Source: an uncultured bacterium
GTDB taxonomy: Bacteria > Cyanobacteriota > Cyanobacteriia > Leptolyngbyales > Leptolyngbyaceae
Direction of reading: 5' to 3'
DNA length: 64,000 bases
NCBI GenBank assembly: GCA_964475335.1
Contig: CAYYWG010000014.1
Coordinates: 60,906 to 124,905 of the forward strand
Part shown: positions 20,372 through 30,554 of the stretch, piece by piece
Numbering within the stretch: position 1 is the first letter of the stretch
How the letters are laid out: each line of letters starts with the position of its first letter
Position numbers and translations under genes: made by a program
The notes under the pieces: generated by a model
Database searches by the model: none
Seen by the model: the letters and a program-made list of their open reading frames with translations, nothing else
Told to the model about the DNA's origin: nothing

Positions 20372-21595
20372 TTACTGCGAGTTCACGGTTTCAACCTTTG
20401 CGTCGCCATTTTCTTGAATCCAGGCAATTTGGCGCACCCGGCGGTGTTGCGCGTAGTCAAGGATTTCGGCTGGCGATCGCCCCCCCAGGTCAAGCTCGAC
20501 TCGGAGGTTGTTGTCGGCCCGCAGGGTTTGGGCATAGGCCAGGGCTTGGGGATAGGTCGGGGGGCCACTGGGTACGACCAGGCAGTCAATAATGGGGGTT
20601 TGCTGGGGCAACTGACCGGCGATCGCCAGGACTTGATAGATCTGCTCCAGTTGCAGGGCGAAACCAATACCAGGATAGGATTTGCCCTGGGGATCATACA
20701 GTCCCAGCAGTTGGTCATAGCGACCGCCCTGGCCCAGCACTTGCAAGCCCTGGTTCGATTGGCTCACCACTTCAAAGATGATCCCAGTGTAGTAATCCAA
20801 GGTTTGGATCAAGCTGAGATCCAAAATAATTGGCAGCGCGGCGGCTCTGGGGGAAGCCTGGACAACATCGATCAAGGCTTTAAGATTGGCGAGGATGCTC
20901 CGTTGGGCGGCATCGAGGTCTAAGGTGGCCACTTTTTGGAGCACCGCTTCGGGGGTACCGCGCAGTTCAAACAAGAACAACGCTCGATCGCGCAACTCGG
21001 TGGACAATGGCAAGGCTTCCAGGGTCAGGCGATCCAGATGGGCGATCGCGTGGCGAATTTTGGGTTGCAGTTCGATGGGAAACACTGAGAGGAGCGATCG
21101 GGTCAGGCCCGCTTCACCCAACACCAGCGACCACTGATTAAGCCCCAATCGCTCCAGGCAATCGGCCACCAGCAAAAGAATTTCGGCATCAGCCAATAGC
21201 CCCTTGGCCCCCAACAACTCCACACCCGCTTGATAAAATTCCTGCTGACCGTTGTGGCTGGCCGCTTCGGCTTTGCGAAACACATTCGCGTTGTAATACA
21301 GCCGGAGGGGATGGGTTGTCCCGGCCATGCGAGTCACGACTGTACGGGCGATCGAGGCCGTCAGTTCCGGGCGCAACCCCAACTCTTCGTCATGGCTACC
21401 CTGCACGCGAAAGACCGTCGAGCGTTGAATTGCGCCCCCTGCCATTAAAGTGTCTAGTCGTTCTAAGGTTGAGGTAATAATGCGGTGATACCCCCACTGA
21501 TGAAAGACCTGCTGCAATCGGGTTTCAATCCAGCGCTTTTGGATCACGTCCAGCGGCAACAAATCCCTAGCCCCAACGGGCGGTTGATAAACCAT
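20372..21595 (-). CDS. hisZ: ATP phosphoribosyltransferase regulatory subunit
   Basis: Class II aaRS-like HisRS paralogue of 407 aa. The N-terminus is PVGARDLLPLD. Its ATG overlaps the stop of the upstream J-protein gene by 1 nt (TAATG at 21597-21593). Confidence 0.85.
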   Translation of the reverse strand: MVYQPPVGARDLLPLDVIQKRWIETRLQQVFHQWGYHRIITSTLERLDTLMAGGAIQRSTVFRVQGSHDEELGLRPELTASIARTVVTRMAGTTHPLRLYYNANVFRKAEAASHNGQQEFYQAGVELLGAKGLLADAEILLLVADCLERLGLNQWSLVLGEAGLTRSLLSVFPIELQPKIRHAIAHLDRLTLEALPLSTELRDRALFLFELRGTPEAVLQKVATLDLDAAQRSILANLKALIDVVQASPRAAALPIILDLSLIQTLDYYTGIIFEVVSQSNQGLQVLGQGGRYDQLLGLYDPQGKSYPGIGFALQLEQIYQVLAIAGQLPQQTPIIDCLVVPSGPPTYPQALAYAQTLRADNNLRVELDLGGRSPAEILDYAQHRRVRQIAWIQENGDAKVETVNSQ

Positions 21596-22584
21596 TACTT
21601 TTTCTTCCCACCAAATAAACCAAACAAACCGCCACCAGAATTGCCATTGGACTTGCCCGTATTAGAAGCCTTACCTGGTTTTGGATTTTGTTTTTGGGTT
21701 CCAGCCTTTGCGGCGGCCCCGGTGGCTTTACCAGCATTACTTTGGGTTTCGAGCCGTTGCCGCCCCTGCAAGGCTAGTTCGTTATTCGGGTCAAACTCCA
21801 GGGCTTTGTTGAAGTGGATCTTCGCCATTGTTTGTTGGTTTTGGCGACGATAGACTTCCCCTAATAACGCATGGCAACGGCTGTTGTGGGGTTCTAACCG
21901 TAAAGCGTCGCGCAGTTCTAACACCGCTTGGGCCAGATTATTTTTGGCCATGTACCCTTCGGCCCGCCGATAGTACTGATCACTCACGGTTTCCCGCCGG
22001 GGGGGGGCTGTGGGCATTGGGGTTGGGGGCGTGCCGGATTGGGAAGAGTCGGGCAGATTGCTGCCCGTGTAGATTGGCTTGGCCGTGGTTGAATTAGCTT
22101 TGGCACCGCCTGCGCCTTCTTTCCGCATCAAATAGGCGATATTCAGTTCACTAATTTGGCCAATGACATCAAGGGTTTGGTCGAGATGATCAAATTGTTT
22201 CTCGGCCAGGTTTTTGATCGAAGAACGATAAAAATGATCTGGGTTGCTCGCAGTCGATAGCTCTTTGCCGAGGGCACCTAAGTCCAAGTTGCCTTGGCGG
22301 GCAGCCTGCTGACCTTTGAGTTTTAATAATAAGTCGTATTCTTCTTTTTCCTTTTCTTGGGATAGCTTTTCCCAGGCGGGGTTGACGAGTTTAGATAAAA
22401 ATTCACTCGCGCGTCTCCGATCATCTTCGCTTTCGGAGGCACAACTATCGGGGTGGAGTCGGCGCGCAATTTTAAGATACCGTTTGCGGATCGTTTGGGT
22501 GTCTGCATCAATGGGCACACCGAGCATGGCGTGATAGTCGGAAAAGTCTAGTAGAAATAACCCTCGATCAATATTCATAGACAT
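21595..22584 (-). CDS. J-domain (DnaJ-like) protein with C-terminal TPR repeats and a Gly/Lys-rich tail
   Basis: J-domain DYHAMLGVPIDADTQTIRKRYLKIARRLHPD (HPD motif), TPR-like YYRRAEGYMAKNNLAQAVLELRDALRLEPHN..., and the tail GNSGGGLFGLFGGKKK. Confidence 0.8.
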   Translation of the reverse strand: MSMNIDRGLFLLDFSDYHAMLGVPIDADTQTIRKRYLKIARRLHPDSCASESEDDRRRASEFLSKLVNPAWEKLSQEKEKEEYDLLLKLKGQQAARQGNLDLGALGKELSTASNPDHFYRSSIKNLAEKQFDHLDQTLDVIGQISELNIAYLMRKEGAGGAKANSTTAKPIYTGSNLPDSSQSGTPPTPMPTAPPRRETVSDQYYRRAEGYMAKNNLAQAVLELRDALRLEPHNSRCHALLGEVYRRQNQQTMAKIHFNKALEFDPNNELALQGRQRLETQSNAGKATGAAAKAGTQKQNPKPGKASNTGKSNGNSGGGLFGLFGGKKK

Positions 22585-22643
22585 AGTTGGTATCTGCCTG
22601 CCATTGAATTCTTTTAGTGTAATCTGCTTAATCCCGGTCTGCG

Positions 22644-23516
22644 CTAGCTCAGCTTACTAAAACGGTCAAAATCTGACCAGACTTCGATGGGGGGAACTCG
22701 CTGTAAGGCTTGGCTGAGACTGGTATGAATGTGACGGTTGGTTGCCAGGATGCGACCGGATTGGACTTGCAGGGGGCTGCCGTCGTAAGCGGTGACGAGG
22801 CCCCCGGCTTCTTGGACGAGGACGATGCCAGCGGTGATATCCCACGGGGAGAGGCCACGTTCCCAATATCCATCGAGGCGGCCACAGGCCACGTAGGCCA
22901 GATCCATTGAGGCGGAACCGCTGCGTCTGACACCTTGGGTGAGGTGGGTCAGGTAGCAGAATTCGGCGTAGTTGTGATCGGTGGTTTGGTGGCGATCGTA
23001 GGCAAAACCGGTCACCAGTAGGCTGTTACGGAGTTCGGTGGTTTGGGAAACGCGAATGGGGCGGCGATCGCAGGTTGCGCCTAACCCGATCGCCGCCCGA
23101 AACAACTCTTGCCGAGCGGGATCGTAAATGGCCCCAACGGAGGGCACCCCATCAATCATCAGCCCGACCGAAACGGCAGAGACTGGGTATTGGTGCGCGT
23201 AGTTTGTGGTGCCGTCCAGTGGATCGATCGCCCATAAGAACCTACTGTCTAGCGTACCCAGTTGGCCCGATTCTTCTGTCAAGATTGCATGATTTGGTAC
23301 GTGCCGCTGGAGCACATCCAGCACGATCGCTTCGGCGGCTTTGTCGGCCACAGTCACCAAATCACCCGGACGACCCTTTTCTTCGACTTGGTTTAAGTTG
23401 CCATAGTAGTTTTGCAAGACAACCCCGGCAGCCAAGACGGCTTCGGTGGCTACATCCAAAAAAATTTGAAGTTGATTCGAGTCAACGGACATCACAAAAG
23501 CAGTCTCGGTGAACAA
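22644..23516 (-). CDS. Inositol monophosphatase family protein (SuhB-like). The likely start is at 23492.
   Basis: IMPase signatures WAIDPLDGTTNY and WDITAG. Confidence 0.85.
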   Translation of the reverse strand: MFTETAFVMSVDSNQLQIFLDVATEAVLAAGVVLQNYYGNLNQVEEKGRPGDLVTVADKAAEAIVLDVLQRHVPNHAILTEESGQLGTLDSRFLWAIDPLDGTTNYAHQYPVSAVSVGLMIDGVPSVGAIYDPARQELFRAAIGLGATCDRRPIRVSQTTELRNSLLVTGFAYDRHQTTDHNYAEFCYLTHLTQGVRRSGSASMDLAYVACGRLDGYWERGLSPWDITAGIVLVQEAGGLVTAYDGSPLQVQSGRILATNRHIHTSLSQALQRVPPIEVWSDFDRFSKLS

Positions 23517-23688
23517 CGGAAAATAGAGGCCGCGCTGCCGTCCACATTATATTGATGGGCCCGGCCAGAATTGCACCATCGCTTGTTCTGAGCATACCCA
23601 GAGGACTAATGCAACTATCGCTTGAGCGCAAAGTCAAGCAGGGCCAGCCGGCAAGAGGAGACAGGGGGCAGAGCTTGGGGCTCCCGCC

Positions 23689-24057
23689 TTAATCTTCGTC
23701 GAGGGGGAGGCTCCGCCGGACTTTGCCTTTACCAAAATAGCGGCCAAATTGGAGTTCGTAAACTTCGTCTTCGTCTTGGGTTTCGACTTCCAGGTCGGAA
23801 CGAGGATAGCTCACACAGAGCAGTGCATAGCCTTGTTTCTGCAAGTCTGGAGAGAGCCCCATTGCTTCGGGTTGGTAGAGGTCGCCGCTGAGAATGCGAA
23901 CAGCGCAGGTGGTGCAAGCGCCATTGCGACAGGCAAAGGGAAGGTTGGCCCCTTGGTTTTCAGCAGCGTGCAAAATGTAGCGATCGCTGGGCACTTGCGC
24001 AGTGTGAATGGTGTTGGTGCGGCGATCGCGAATCCGAATGGTGTAAACAGAACTCAT
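23689..24057 (-). CDS. Plant-type [2Fe-2S] ferredoxin with a C-terminal extension (Fed2/FdC2-like)
   Basis: Cys ligand pattern CRNGACTTC...C (C-x4-C-x2-C...LLC). At 122 aa it carries an acidic/basic tail beyond the normal ~98 aa. Confidence 0.85.
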   Translation of the reverse strand: MSSVYTIRIRDRRTNTIHTAQVPSDRYILHAAENQGANLPFACRNGACTTCAVRILSGDLYQPEAMGLSPDLQKQGYALLCVSYPRSDLEVETQDEDEVYELQFGRYFGKGKVRRSLPLDED

Positions 24058-24140
24058 GAATTTAAAGGTTAAGTTCGCGCTAAGGGGCGTGGTTCTGCTA
24101 TTATAAGGTCTTGTGACTGTTCATACAGCACATCAAACCT

Positions 24141-24227
24141 GGAGAGATGGCCGAGTGGTTGAAGGCGCAGCACTGGAAATGCTGTTTAGGGGCAACTCTA
24201 ACGAGGGTTCGAATCCCTCTCTCTCCG
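24141..24227 (+). tRNA. tRNA-Ser (anticodon GGA), class II with a long variable arm; no encoded CCA
   Basis: Acceptor stem GGAGAGA/TCTCTCC. Anticodon stem-loop cagca-CTGGAAA-tgctg. Long variable arm ttaggggcaactctaac. T-arm gagggTTCGAATccctc. Confidence 0.95.
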
Positions 24228-24327
24228 TTCTTACGGAGCCAGGTTAAGGCCAAGCGCTAAATGCCTCCTTCCGGTGGACAATAGAGTTTCGTGGGTGCGA
24301 GACTGTTGAGTTTGCAGAGGAGACAGC

Positions 24328-25536
24328 ATGGTTATAGCAATTCTGGCGTTGCTGGCCCTGGTGGTGGGTGGCAGCGTGTTCTATCTAGCCTGTACCGTTT
24401 TCACGGTCAAGTTTTTTCGGGCTGCAACGGGCCGGACGGAACAAGCCCAGGCAGATGAGCGGGCCGCCGTCACCTGTCCCCCGATCGCGATTTTGGTGCC
24501 GGTGTGTGGGTTAGATGCCGGGGCCGAGGCAAATTGGCGATCGCTCTGCGAACAAGCCTATCCAGACTACGAAGTTTTGTTTGGCGTGGTGGATCTGGAT
24601 GATTCAGCTATTCCCGTGCTAGAGGCGATCGCGGCCCAGTATCCCCGCCGGGTCAAACTGTTGACAGGGCTAACGCCGCGCGGCATCAACCAAAAAGACA
24701 GCACTCTAACTTATTTATTAGAGGCGACAACCGCAGATTGGATTGTGTTTGTCGATAGTGATATTCGGGTTGCGCCCCACTACCTCCAAACCGTGACTGA
24801 GCCGTTGCATAATCCCCAAGTTGGGATGGTGACCTGCGCTTATATTGGCTCCAATCCCCAGTCTTTGGGCGCGGCGATCGCCTCCTTGGGGCGTGCCGTC
24901 GATTTTATTCCCAGCTTGCTCATTGCACGGGCCTTGGATGGTGGGTTGAAATGTGCTGTGGGCACGACCATTGCCACTCGCCGCGACGCTCTTGAACGGT
25001 ATGGCGGCCTGCATCTCAATCGCATTGGCTCAGACTATAACCTGGGGAAACGGGCCGCAGCAGCGGGGTACATTGTCGAGTTGTCGCCTTATGTTTTGGA
25101 GTCTGACACGGGTACGGAAGGTCTTCACGACGTGTATCAACGGGAGTTGCGCTGGGCCAGAACCATTCGGTTCAACCGTGGCCCTCAATATTACACAATG
25201 ATTTTTTGTTATGGGGTGGTCTTTTGTTTACCCTTGGTGGGGCTAACAGGGGCGGCTCCGTGGGCGATCGCCCTCAGCCTTGGCGCGATCGCCCTCCGCT
25301 ACATCCAAGCCAGCATCGCCATTCAAAGTCTCCAAGCCCCCAAGTTATATCGTTGGCTCTGGGCCTTACCCCTACGCGACTTACTCAGCTTTGGGGTGTG
25401 GTTGATGGGGTGTTTCGGCAACCAGGTCTACTGGCGGGGCCGCCGCCTCCGGATCTACAGCGACGGCTTGATTATGCTTGCTGCGGCAAATTCCGATGTC
25501 CCCGATCGCGAGTTACCCTCTCAATCATCAGTCTGA
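24328..25536 (+). CDS. Membrane glycosyltransferase, GT2/GT21 (ceramide-glucosyltransferase-like)
   Basis: N-terminal TM helix, DxD context FVDSDIRV, the Q-x-x-RW-type motif YQRELRWARTI, and C-terminal TM helices. Confidence 0.75.
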   Translation: MVIAILALLALVVGGSVFYLACTVFTVKFFRAATGRTEQAQADERAAVTCPPIAILVPVCGLDAGAEANWRSLCEQAYPDYEVLFGVVDLDDSAIPVLEAIAAQYPRRVKLLTGLTPRGINQKDSTLTYLLEATTADWIVFVDSDIRVAPHYLQTVTEPLHNPQVGMVTCAYIGSNPQSLGAAIASLGRAVDFIPSLLIARALDGGLKCAVGTTIATRRDALERYGGLHLNRIGSDYNLGKRAAAAGYIVELSPYVLESDTGTEGLHDVYQRELRWARTIRFNRGPQYYTMIFCYGVVFCLPLVGLTGAAPWAIALSLGAIALRYIQASIAIQSLQAPKLYRWLWALPLRDLLSFGVWLMGCFGNQVYWRGRRLRIYSDGLIMLAAANSDVPDRELPSQSSV

Positions 25537-25948
25537 ACAGTCGGTCTGAGTTTTAAGGGTGCGCTTGGGCTAAACAAGGTTGGAGCTGGGAGGCAAAAAT
25601 TCACCCCCAAATAATTCTTCCAGACTTTAAAGTGGGCTCTGGTGCCTCAGGCACTAATCACCCCTTGATTCTAATGAGATAATCTGAGCAACCGAATGCC
25701 TGACTTAAGGGGGCACGATTACACCCACAGAAACTTCATCCAGCCCGCGTCTTGCCCAACCAACAGGTCGTGCCTCTCCCCACCCGCAAACCCCACACCA
25801 TGCCCGTGGTTGCATGCCCGTTCTGGGTTGCAGACCTGTGCAAAGGAAGGTTCCGGCGATCGCGGAAAAACTCCTGGATGAGGGCATTCTAAAGTTGAGC
25901 TTGTCTTAGTAGCCTTTACGCTGTCGTGTTTTCCAGCTTGTTTGGCCC

Positions 25949-28900
25949 ATGCACCAACCCACTTCTCCCCGGCCCGAGGACTTGGCAAAATCACCCTATC
26001 ATCTTTTTTTCCAGCTTGCGACAGAATTGATGGCGATCGCCACCTTCGATGGCTACCTTCTTGAAGTTAATCCAGCCTGGAGCGCGACCCTCGGTTGGCA
26101 ACTCGCAGACTTGGCTGATGCCGTTTGGCTTGAGTGGCTACACCCCGATGATCGGCCAATGGCGATCGCCAAAATCCAACAATTGTCCGGCGACTCCACC
26201 AGTCCCGTTTCCTTTCTGGCGCAATTTCGTCAGGCCAGCGGCCATTACTGTCAATTGCAATGGCGCATCATCCCCCAAGGCGAGCAACTCCTGCTCACGG
26301 CCCAAGACCTCACCTTGCAAGCGCGACTAAGCCAACAACAACACATTGAAGCCACCCTCATTGCGGAAAAGATCCAATTAGAATGGCAGTTTTCTGAACA
26401 AACCGCAGCACTCCGCAAAGCCATCAAAACCCTGAAACGCGAAATGGCGGAACGCAAACAGGCAGAACTTGCCTGCGCCACGGCGGAAACCCGCATGAAA
26501 AATATTGCGGCTAATATTCCTGGTTCTATCTTCCAGTTTGGGCACCACAACGGGAAGTGGAAAATGGACTATATCAGCGACGGTATTTGGAGCATCATGG
26601 GCGTGCGAGCTGATGACATTGTGCGCAGCCTTTCGGCTTTTGTGAATCGGTTGCACCCAGACGATCGCCGCGCGTACATTGCCTCTGTTGCAGACGCGAT
26701 TGATACCCTCAGTCCCTGGCATTATGAAGGCCGTTTGATTAAACCCAATGGCCAAATTCGCTGGTGGCAAGGAGATGCGTCGCCGCTCGTGAGTGATACT
26801 GGAGAAATTGCCTTTTTTGGCGTCTTGCTGGATATTACCGATCGCAAACAGATTGAGGCAGAACTGACTCAGGTACAACGAGTTCTGGAAACAACAGTTG
26901 AACAACGAACAGAAGTCTTAAACCAAGTTATTACCCAACTGAAGCGAGATAATCAGGAACGTGATTTTGCCTTACAAGAGCGTCAAGAAGCTGAATTGCA
27001 ACTGAAGCGATCGCTCAAAGAACTAGCAAGCTTTAAATTTGCTCTCGATCAAGCCAGTATCGTTGCTATTACCGACGAAAAAGGCGTAATCAATTTCGTG
27101 AATGATAATTTCTGCAAAATATCAAAATATTCTAGAGAAGAGCTGATTGGGAAGACTCACAAAATCATTAACTCTGGTAGCCATTCAAAACAGTTTTTTC
27201 AACGCATGTGGAAAACGATTTCAAATGGTAAAGTTTGGCAAGGTGAGATTCAAAATCGTGCTAAAGATGGTACGATCTATTGGGTTGATACGACGATTGT
27301 TCCGTTCCTCAATGCGGATAGTAAGCCCCATCAATATATCTCTATTCGTAGTGATGTTACGAAGCGCAAACAAACTGAGGCAAAACTCCGCGATCGCGAA
27401 CAGTTTTTACGGGGCGTATACGAAGGTGTAGAACATGAAATCTTTGTTATTGATGTGATCAACGAGCATGAATTTCGTCATGCGGGATTGAATTCTTACG
27501 CTGAGAAAGTCGTCGGGAAGAAAACCATTGAAGTCTTAGGCAAACCAATGGAGGATTTGTTTGATGAAGCTTCGAGCCAGGCGATCCAAAGTCGGCTACG
27601 TCAATGTGTGCGCAGCGGCAAACCCATTACCTACGAAGAATGCCTTACCCTCCAAGGCAAAGAAACGTGGTGGCTGACCACCCTGAATCCGTTAAAAGAC
27701 GAAAAATCGCGCGTGTATCGCCTAGTCGGAACCGCAATTGATATTAGCGATCGCATCCAAACGGAACAGGCTCTACGAGAATCCAAGCAACTATTGCAAC
27801 TGGTATTTGACACATTACCCCAGCGCGTTTTCTGGAAAAATAGACATCATCAATATTTGGGTTGCAACAAAACCTTTGCTCAAGATTCAGGATTAGAATC
27901 ACCAGATCAAATCATTGGCAAAACTGATTACGACTTACCGTGGGCGCAATTAGCAACTATCTTTGAAGCTGAAGATTCAGCCGTGATGCAAAGTAATACT
28001 CCCGTCATCAATCACCAAGAAGAGAAACATTTAGAAAACGGGGAAACTATGTGGTTATGCATCAACAAAATTCCATTGCATAATCAAGCTGGGGAAGTAA
28101 TTGGAATCTTTGGATCTTACGAAGACATTAGTGATACAAAACGAGAAGAAATCGAACGTAAACGAGCTGAAGAACAACTGCGTCAGAGTGAACAACGATT
28201 TCGAGATGTGTCCGAAGCGGCTGGGGAATATCTATGGGATATGGATACCACCGGCGTATACACGTTTGTGACTGATAAAGCGAAACAAGTCAAAGGCTAT
28301 AGCCCGACTGAGTTATTGGGTTACTCCTTGTTTGAGTTTATGCCGTTTGAAGATATTGATCCAGTGCGAGTCGTTCTCCAAAAAGCAACACAGCAAAAGA
28401 GCCCCTTTAAATTCCAACATCGCAACTTAACGCCAGATGGGGCGATCGTCTGGGAAGAAGTAAACGGAGTCCCCTTGCTCGACCCGGCGGGTATGGTGAT
28501 TGGATTTCGGGGTACAGGATTAAGCATAACCGAACGAAAACAAGCTGAAGAAGCCTTGAAACTGAGTGAGGAACGCTATCGGTGCCTCATTCGAGCGACA
28601 TCCCAGTTGATTTGGCTAACGAATGGGAACGGCAAAGTTGATGATGTACCGGAGTGGCGAGTGTACACCGGACAAACCATTGAAGAAGTGCGGGGTTATG
28701 GCTGGTTAGATGCATTGCATCCAGAGGATAAGACCATTGCAGTTCAACGGTGGCTGAGTGCCGTGAAAAACAAACACCCCTACGAAGCGGAATATCGTGT
28801 GCGGGGCAAGGATGGGAATTATCGCTATTTTGTTTCGCGGGGAGTTCCTATTTTGCTGGACAGTGGGGCAATTCGAGAATGGATTGGGGTATGCACTGAT

Positions 28901-29830
28901 ATTCACGATCGCAAGTTAGCCGAAGCCGCTCTCCGGGATTCTGAAGCCGAATTACGGCAACAAACCCGCGAATTGGAAAGTACGCTGCGGGAATTGCAAC
29001 GAACGCAGGCGCAACTGGTGCAAAGCGAGAAAATGTCGAGTCTGGGGCAAATGGTCGCTGGTGTCGCCCATGAAATCAATAATCCAGTGAACTTTATCCA
29101 CGGTAATTTGATTCATGCAGATCAATATGCATCCGATTTGCTTGAGCTATTACATCAATATCAAACTCACTATCCCAACCCACCAGAATCGATCCAAGAC
29201 CAAGCGGAGGCGATCGATGTGGACTTTATCATGCAAGACTTTCCGAAGTTAGTAGACTCGATGAAAGTTGGCGCTGAACGGATTCGAGAAATTGTGAAAT
29301 CGTTGCGGACATTCTCTCGTCTTGATGAGGCTGAATTTAAGATCGTTGATATTCATGAAGGCTTAGATAGTACACTCATGATTTTACAAAATCGACTCAA
29401 GGGCAAACCAAATGGACTAAGTATTGAAGTCGTTAAAAACTATGGTGAGCTGCCTTTAGTCGAGTGTTATGCAGGTCAATTGAATCAAGTATTTATGAAT
29501 ATTTTGAGCAATGCTGTTGATGCCATAGAAGAAAAAATAACAACTACAAGTAATGGCATTTCACCAATGATTACAATTCTTACTCGCACGGTGGGGAGCG
29601 ATCGCATAGCTATCCATATTGTGGATAATGGCCCTGGCATTCCCAAGCATATTAAGAAACGGTTATTCGACCCATTTTTCACAACTAAGCAGATTGGCAA
29701 AGGCACTGGTTTGGGTATGTCAATTAGCTATCAAATCGTGACGGAAAAACATCATGGCAGTTTACAATGTCACTCCACTCTTGGCGAAGGTGCTGAGTTC
29801 ATTATTGAAATTCCTATTCAGCAATGCTAA
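25949..29830 (+). CDS. Multi-PAS/PAC sensor histidine kinase (1293 aa)
   Basis: At least six PAS/PAC-like units, for example FVNDNFCKISKYSREELIGKTHKIINSG...GEIQNRAKDGTIYWVDTTIVPF. H-box region SEKMSSLGQMVAGVAHEINNP. HATPase G-boxes DNGPGI and GTGLGMSISY. Confidence 0.9.
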   Translation: MHQPTSPRPEDLAKSPYHLFFQLATELMAIATFDGYLLEVNPAWSATLGWQLADLADAVWLEWLHPDDRPMAIAKIQQLSGDSTSPVSFLAQFRQASGHYCQLQWRIIPQGEQLLLTAQDLTLQARLSQQQHIEATLIAEKIQLEWQFSEQTAALRKAIKTLKREMAERKQAELACATAETRMKNIAANIPGSIFQFGHHNGKWKMDYISDGIWSIMGVRADDIVRSLSAFVNRLHPDDRRAYIASVADAIDTLSPWHYEGRLIKPNGQIRWWQGDASPLVSDTGEIAFFGVLLDITDRKQIEAELTQVQRVLETTVEQRTEVLNQVITQLKRDNQERDFALQERQEAELQLKRSLKELASFKFALDQASIVAITDEKGVINFVNDNFCKISKYSREELIGKTHKIINSGSHSKQFFQRMWKTISNGKVWQGEIQNRAKDGTIYWVDTTIVPFLNADSKPHQYISIRSDVTKRKQTEAKLRDREQFLRGVYEGVEHEIFVIDVINEHEFRHAGLNSYAEKVVGKKTIEVLGKPMEDLFDEASSQAIQSRLRQCVRSGKPITYEECLTLQGKETWWLTTLNPLKDEKSRVYRLVGTAIDISDRIQTEQALRESKQLLQLVFDTLPQRVFWKNRHHQYLGCNKTFAQDSGLESPDQIIGKTDYDLPWAQLATIFEAEDSAVMQSNTPVINHQEEKHLENGETMWLCINKIPLHNQAGEVIGIFGSYEDISDTKREEIERKRAEEQLRQSEQRFRDVSEAAGEYLWDMDTTGVYTFVTDKAKQVKGYSPTELLGYSLFEFMPFEDIDPVRVVLQKATQQKSPFKFQHRNLTPDGAIVWEEVNGVPLLDPAGMVIGFRGTGLSITERKQAEEALKLSEERYRCLIRATSQLIWLTNGNGKVDDVPEWRVYTGQTIEEVRGYGWLDALHPEDKTIAVQRWLSAVKNKHPYEAEYRVRGKDGNYRYFVSRGVPILLDSGAIREWIGVCTDIHDRKLAEAALRDSEAELRQQTRELESTLRELQRTQAQLVQSEKMSSLGQMVAGVAHEINNPVNFIHGNLIHADQYASDLLELLHQYQTHYPNPPESIQDQAEAIDVDFIMQDFPKLVDSMKVGAERIREIVKSLRTFSRLDEAEFKIVDIHEGLDSTLMILQNRLKGKPNGLSIEVVKNYGELPLVECYAGQLNQVFMNILSNAVDAIEEKITTTSNGISPMITILTRTVGSDRIAIHIVDNGPGIPKHIKKRLFDPFFTTKQIGKGTGLGMSISYQIVTEKHHGSLQCHSTLGEGAEFIIEIPIQQC

Positions 29831-29934
29831 ATCAATAAATGCCAAATTGATAGACTTGAATAGTGGATGTTCACGCGGGGCTTAAGTGAGTCAAAATTAA
29901 ACAATCAATTTGAATTAAACTTTTAATTAACCGA

Positions 29935-30537
29935 ATGACTGAGCAATCTTTGACTTATTTAGAAACACTAAACCAAGCGATCGCGGCAATCCAATCAGGG
30001 ACAGGCGATCACCCCGCATCAACGGCAATGGTAGCAGCTCTATTGAGCGCGGAAAAGGCTGCGAAACAACAGCGATTGACCTATGCGCTTCCAACGCTCA
30101 TGGGTAAATGGCAGTTATGTTTTACGGCAACTCGCGGAGCGCACCAGCGATCTGGCCAGGTTCAGGGGCGCGGCTGGTATTGGCCCAGCTTAGTTCCGGC
30201 AATGATCTCCTTTCAACCAGTAGACACGAGCGATCGCGCGATAGACGGCACCATTGAGAATCAAATTCAACTTGGGCCAGTTTGTCTCCAACTCAAAGGT
30301 TTGTTTAAATATCCAGGGAAAAAGAATTTGCTTGCCTTTGCCTTTACTCAAGCTCGACTGTCGGTATCAGGCAAAACCCTTTATGACCGCGAGTTTCGAG
30401 GCGGCACAACAAAAGCCCAACACTTCGCGGATCAAACCGTCGCAACACTCCCCTTTTTCGCATTCTTTCTAGTGACAGAGGACTACATTGCGGCTCGTGG
30501 GCGTGGTGGCGGCTTGGCCTTGTGGCGGCGCAGATAG
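29935..30537 (+). CDS. Hypothetical protein, possibly PAP/fibrillin-like
   Basis: 200 aa. GKWQLCFT and the C-terminal ...EDYIAARGRGGGLALWRR resemble the start and end of fibrillin/PAP lipocalin-like domains. This is from memory only. Confidence 0.4.
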   Translation: MTEQSLTYLETLNQAIAAIQSGTGDHPASTAMVAALLSAEKAAKQQRLTYALPTLMGKWQLCFTATRGAHQRSGQVQGRGWYWPSLVPAMISFQPVDTSDRAIDGTIENQIQLGPVCLQLKGLFKYPGKKNLLAFAFTQARLSVSGKTLYDREFRGGTTKAQHFADQTVATLPFFAFFLVTEDYIAARGRGGGLALWRRR

Positions 30538-30554
30538 CATATCCACTCAGGTCG

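Noticed and set aside
26900-29934. Compositional shift (more AT-rich) in the 3' two-thirds of the 1293-aa kinase gene, possibly a mosaic or horizontally acquired segment
   Set aside because: Exact HIP1 sites persist through this part (about 27007, 27391, 27750 and 29597) and the reading frame is continuous. Codon or domain-family bias of the PAS repeats is a simpler explanation.
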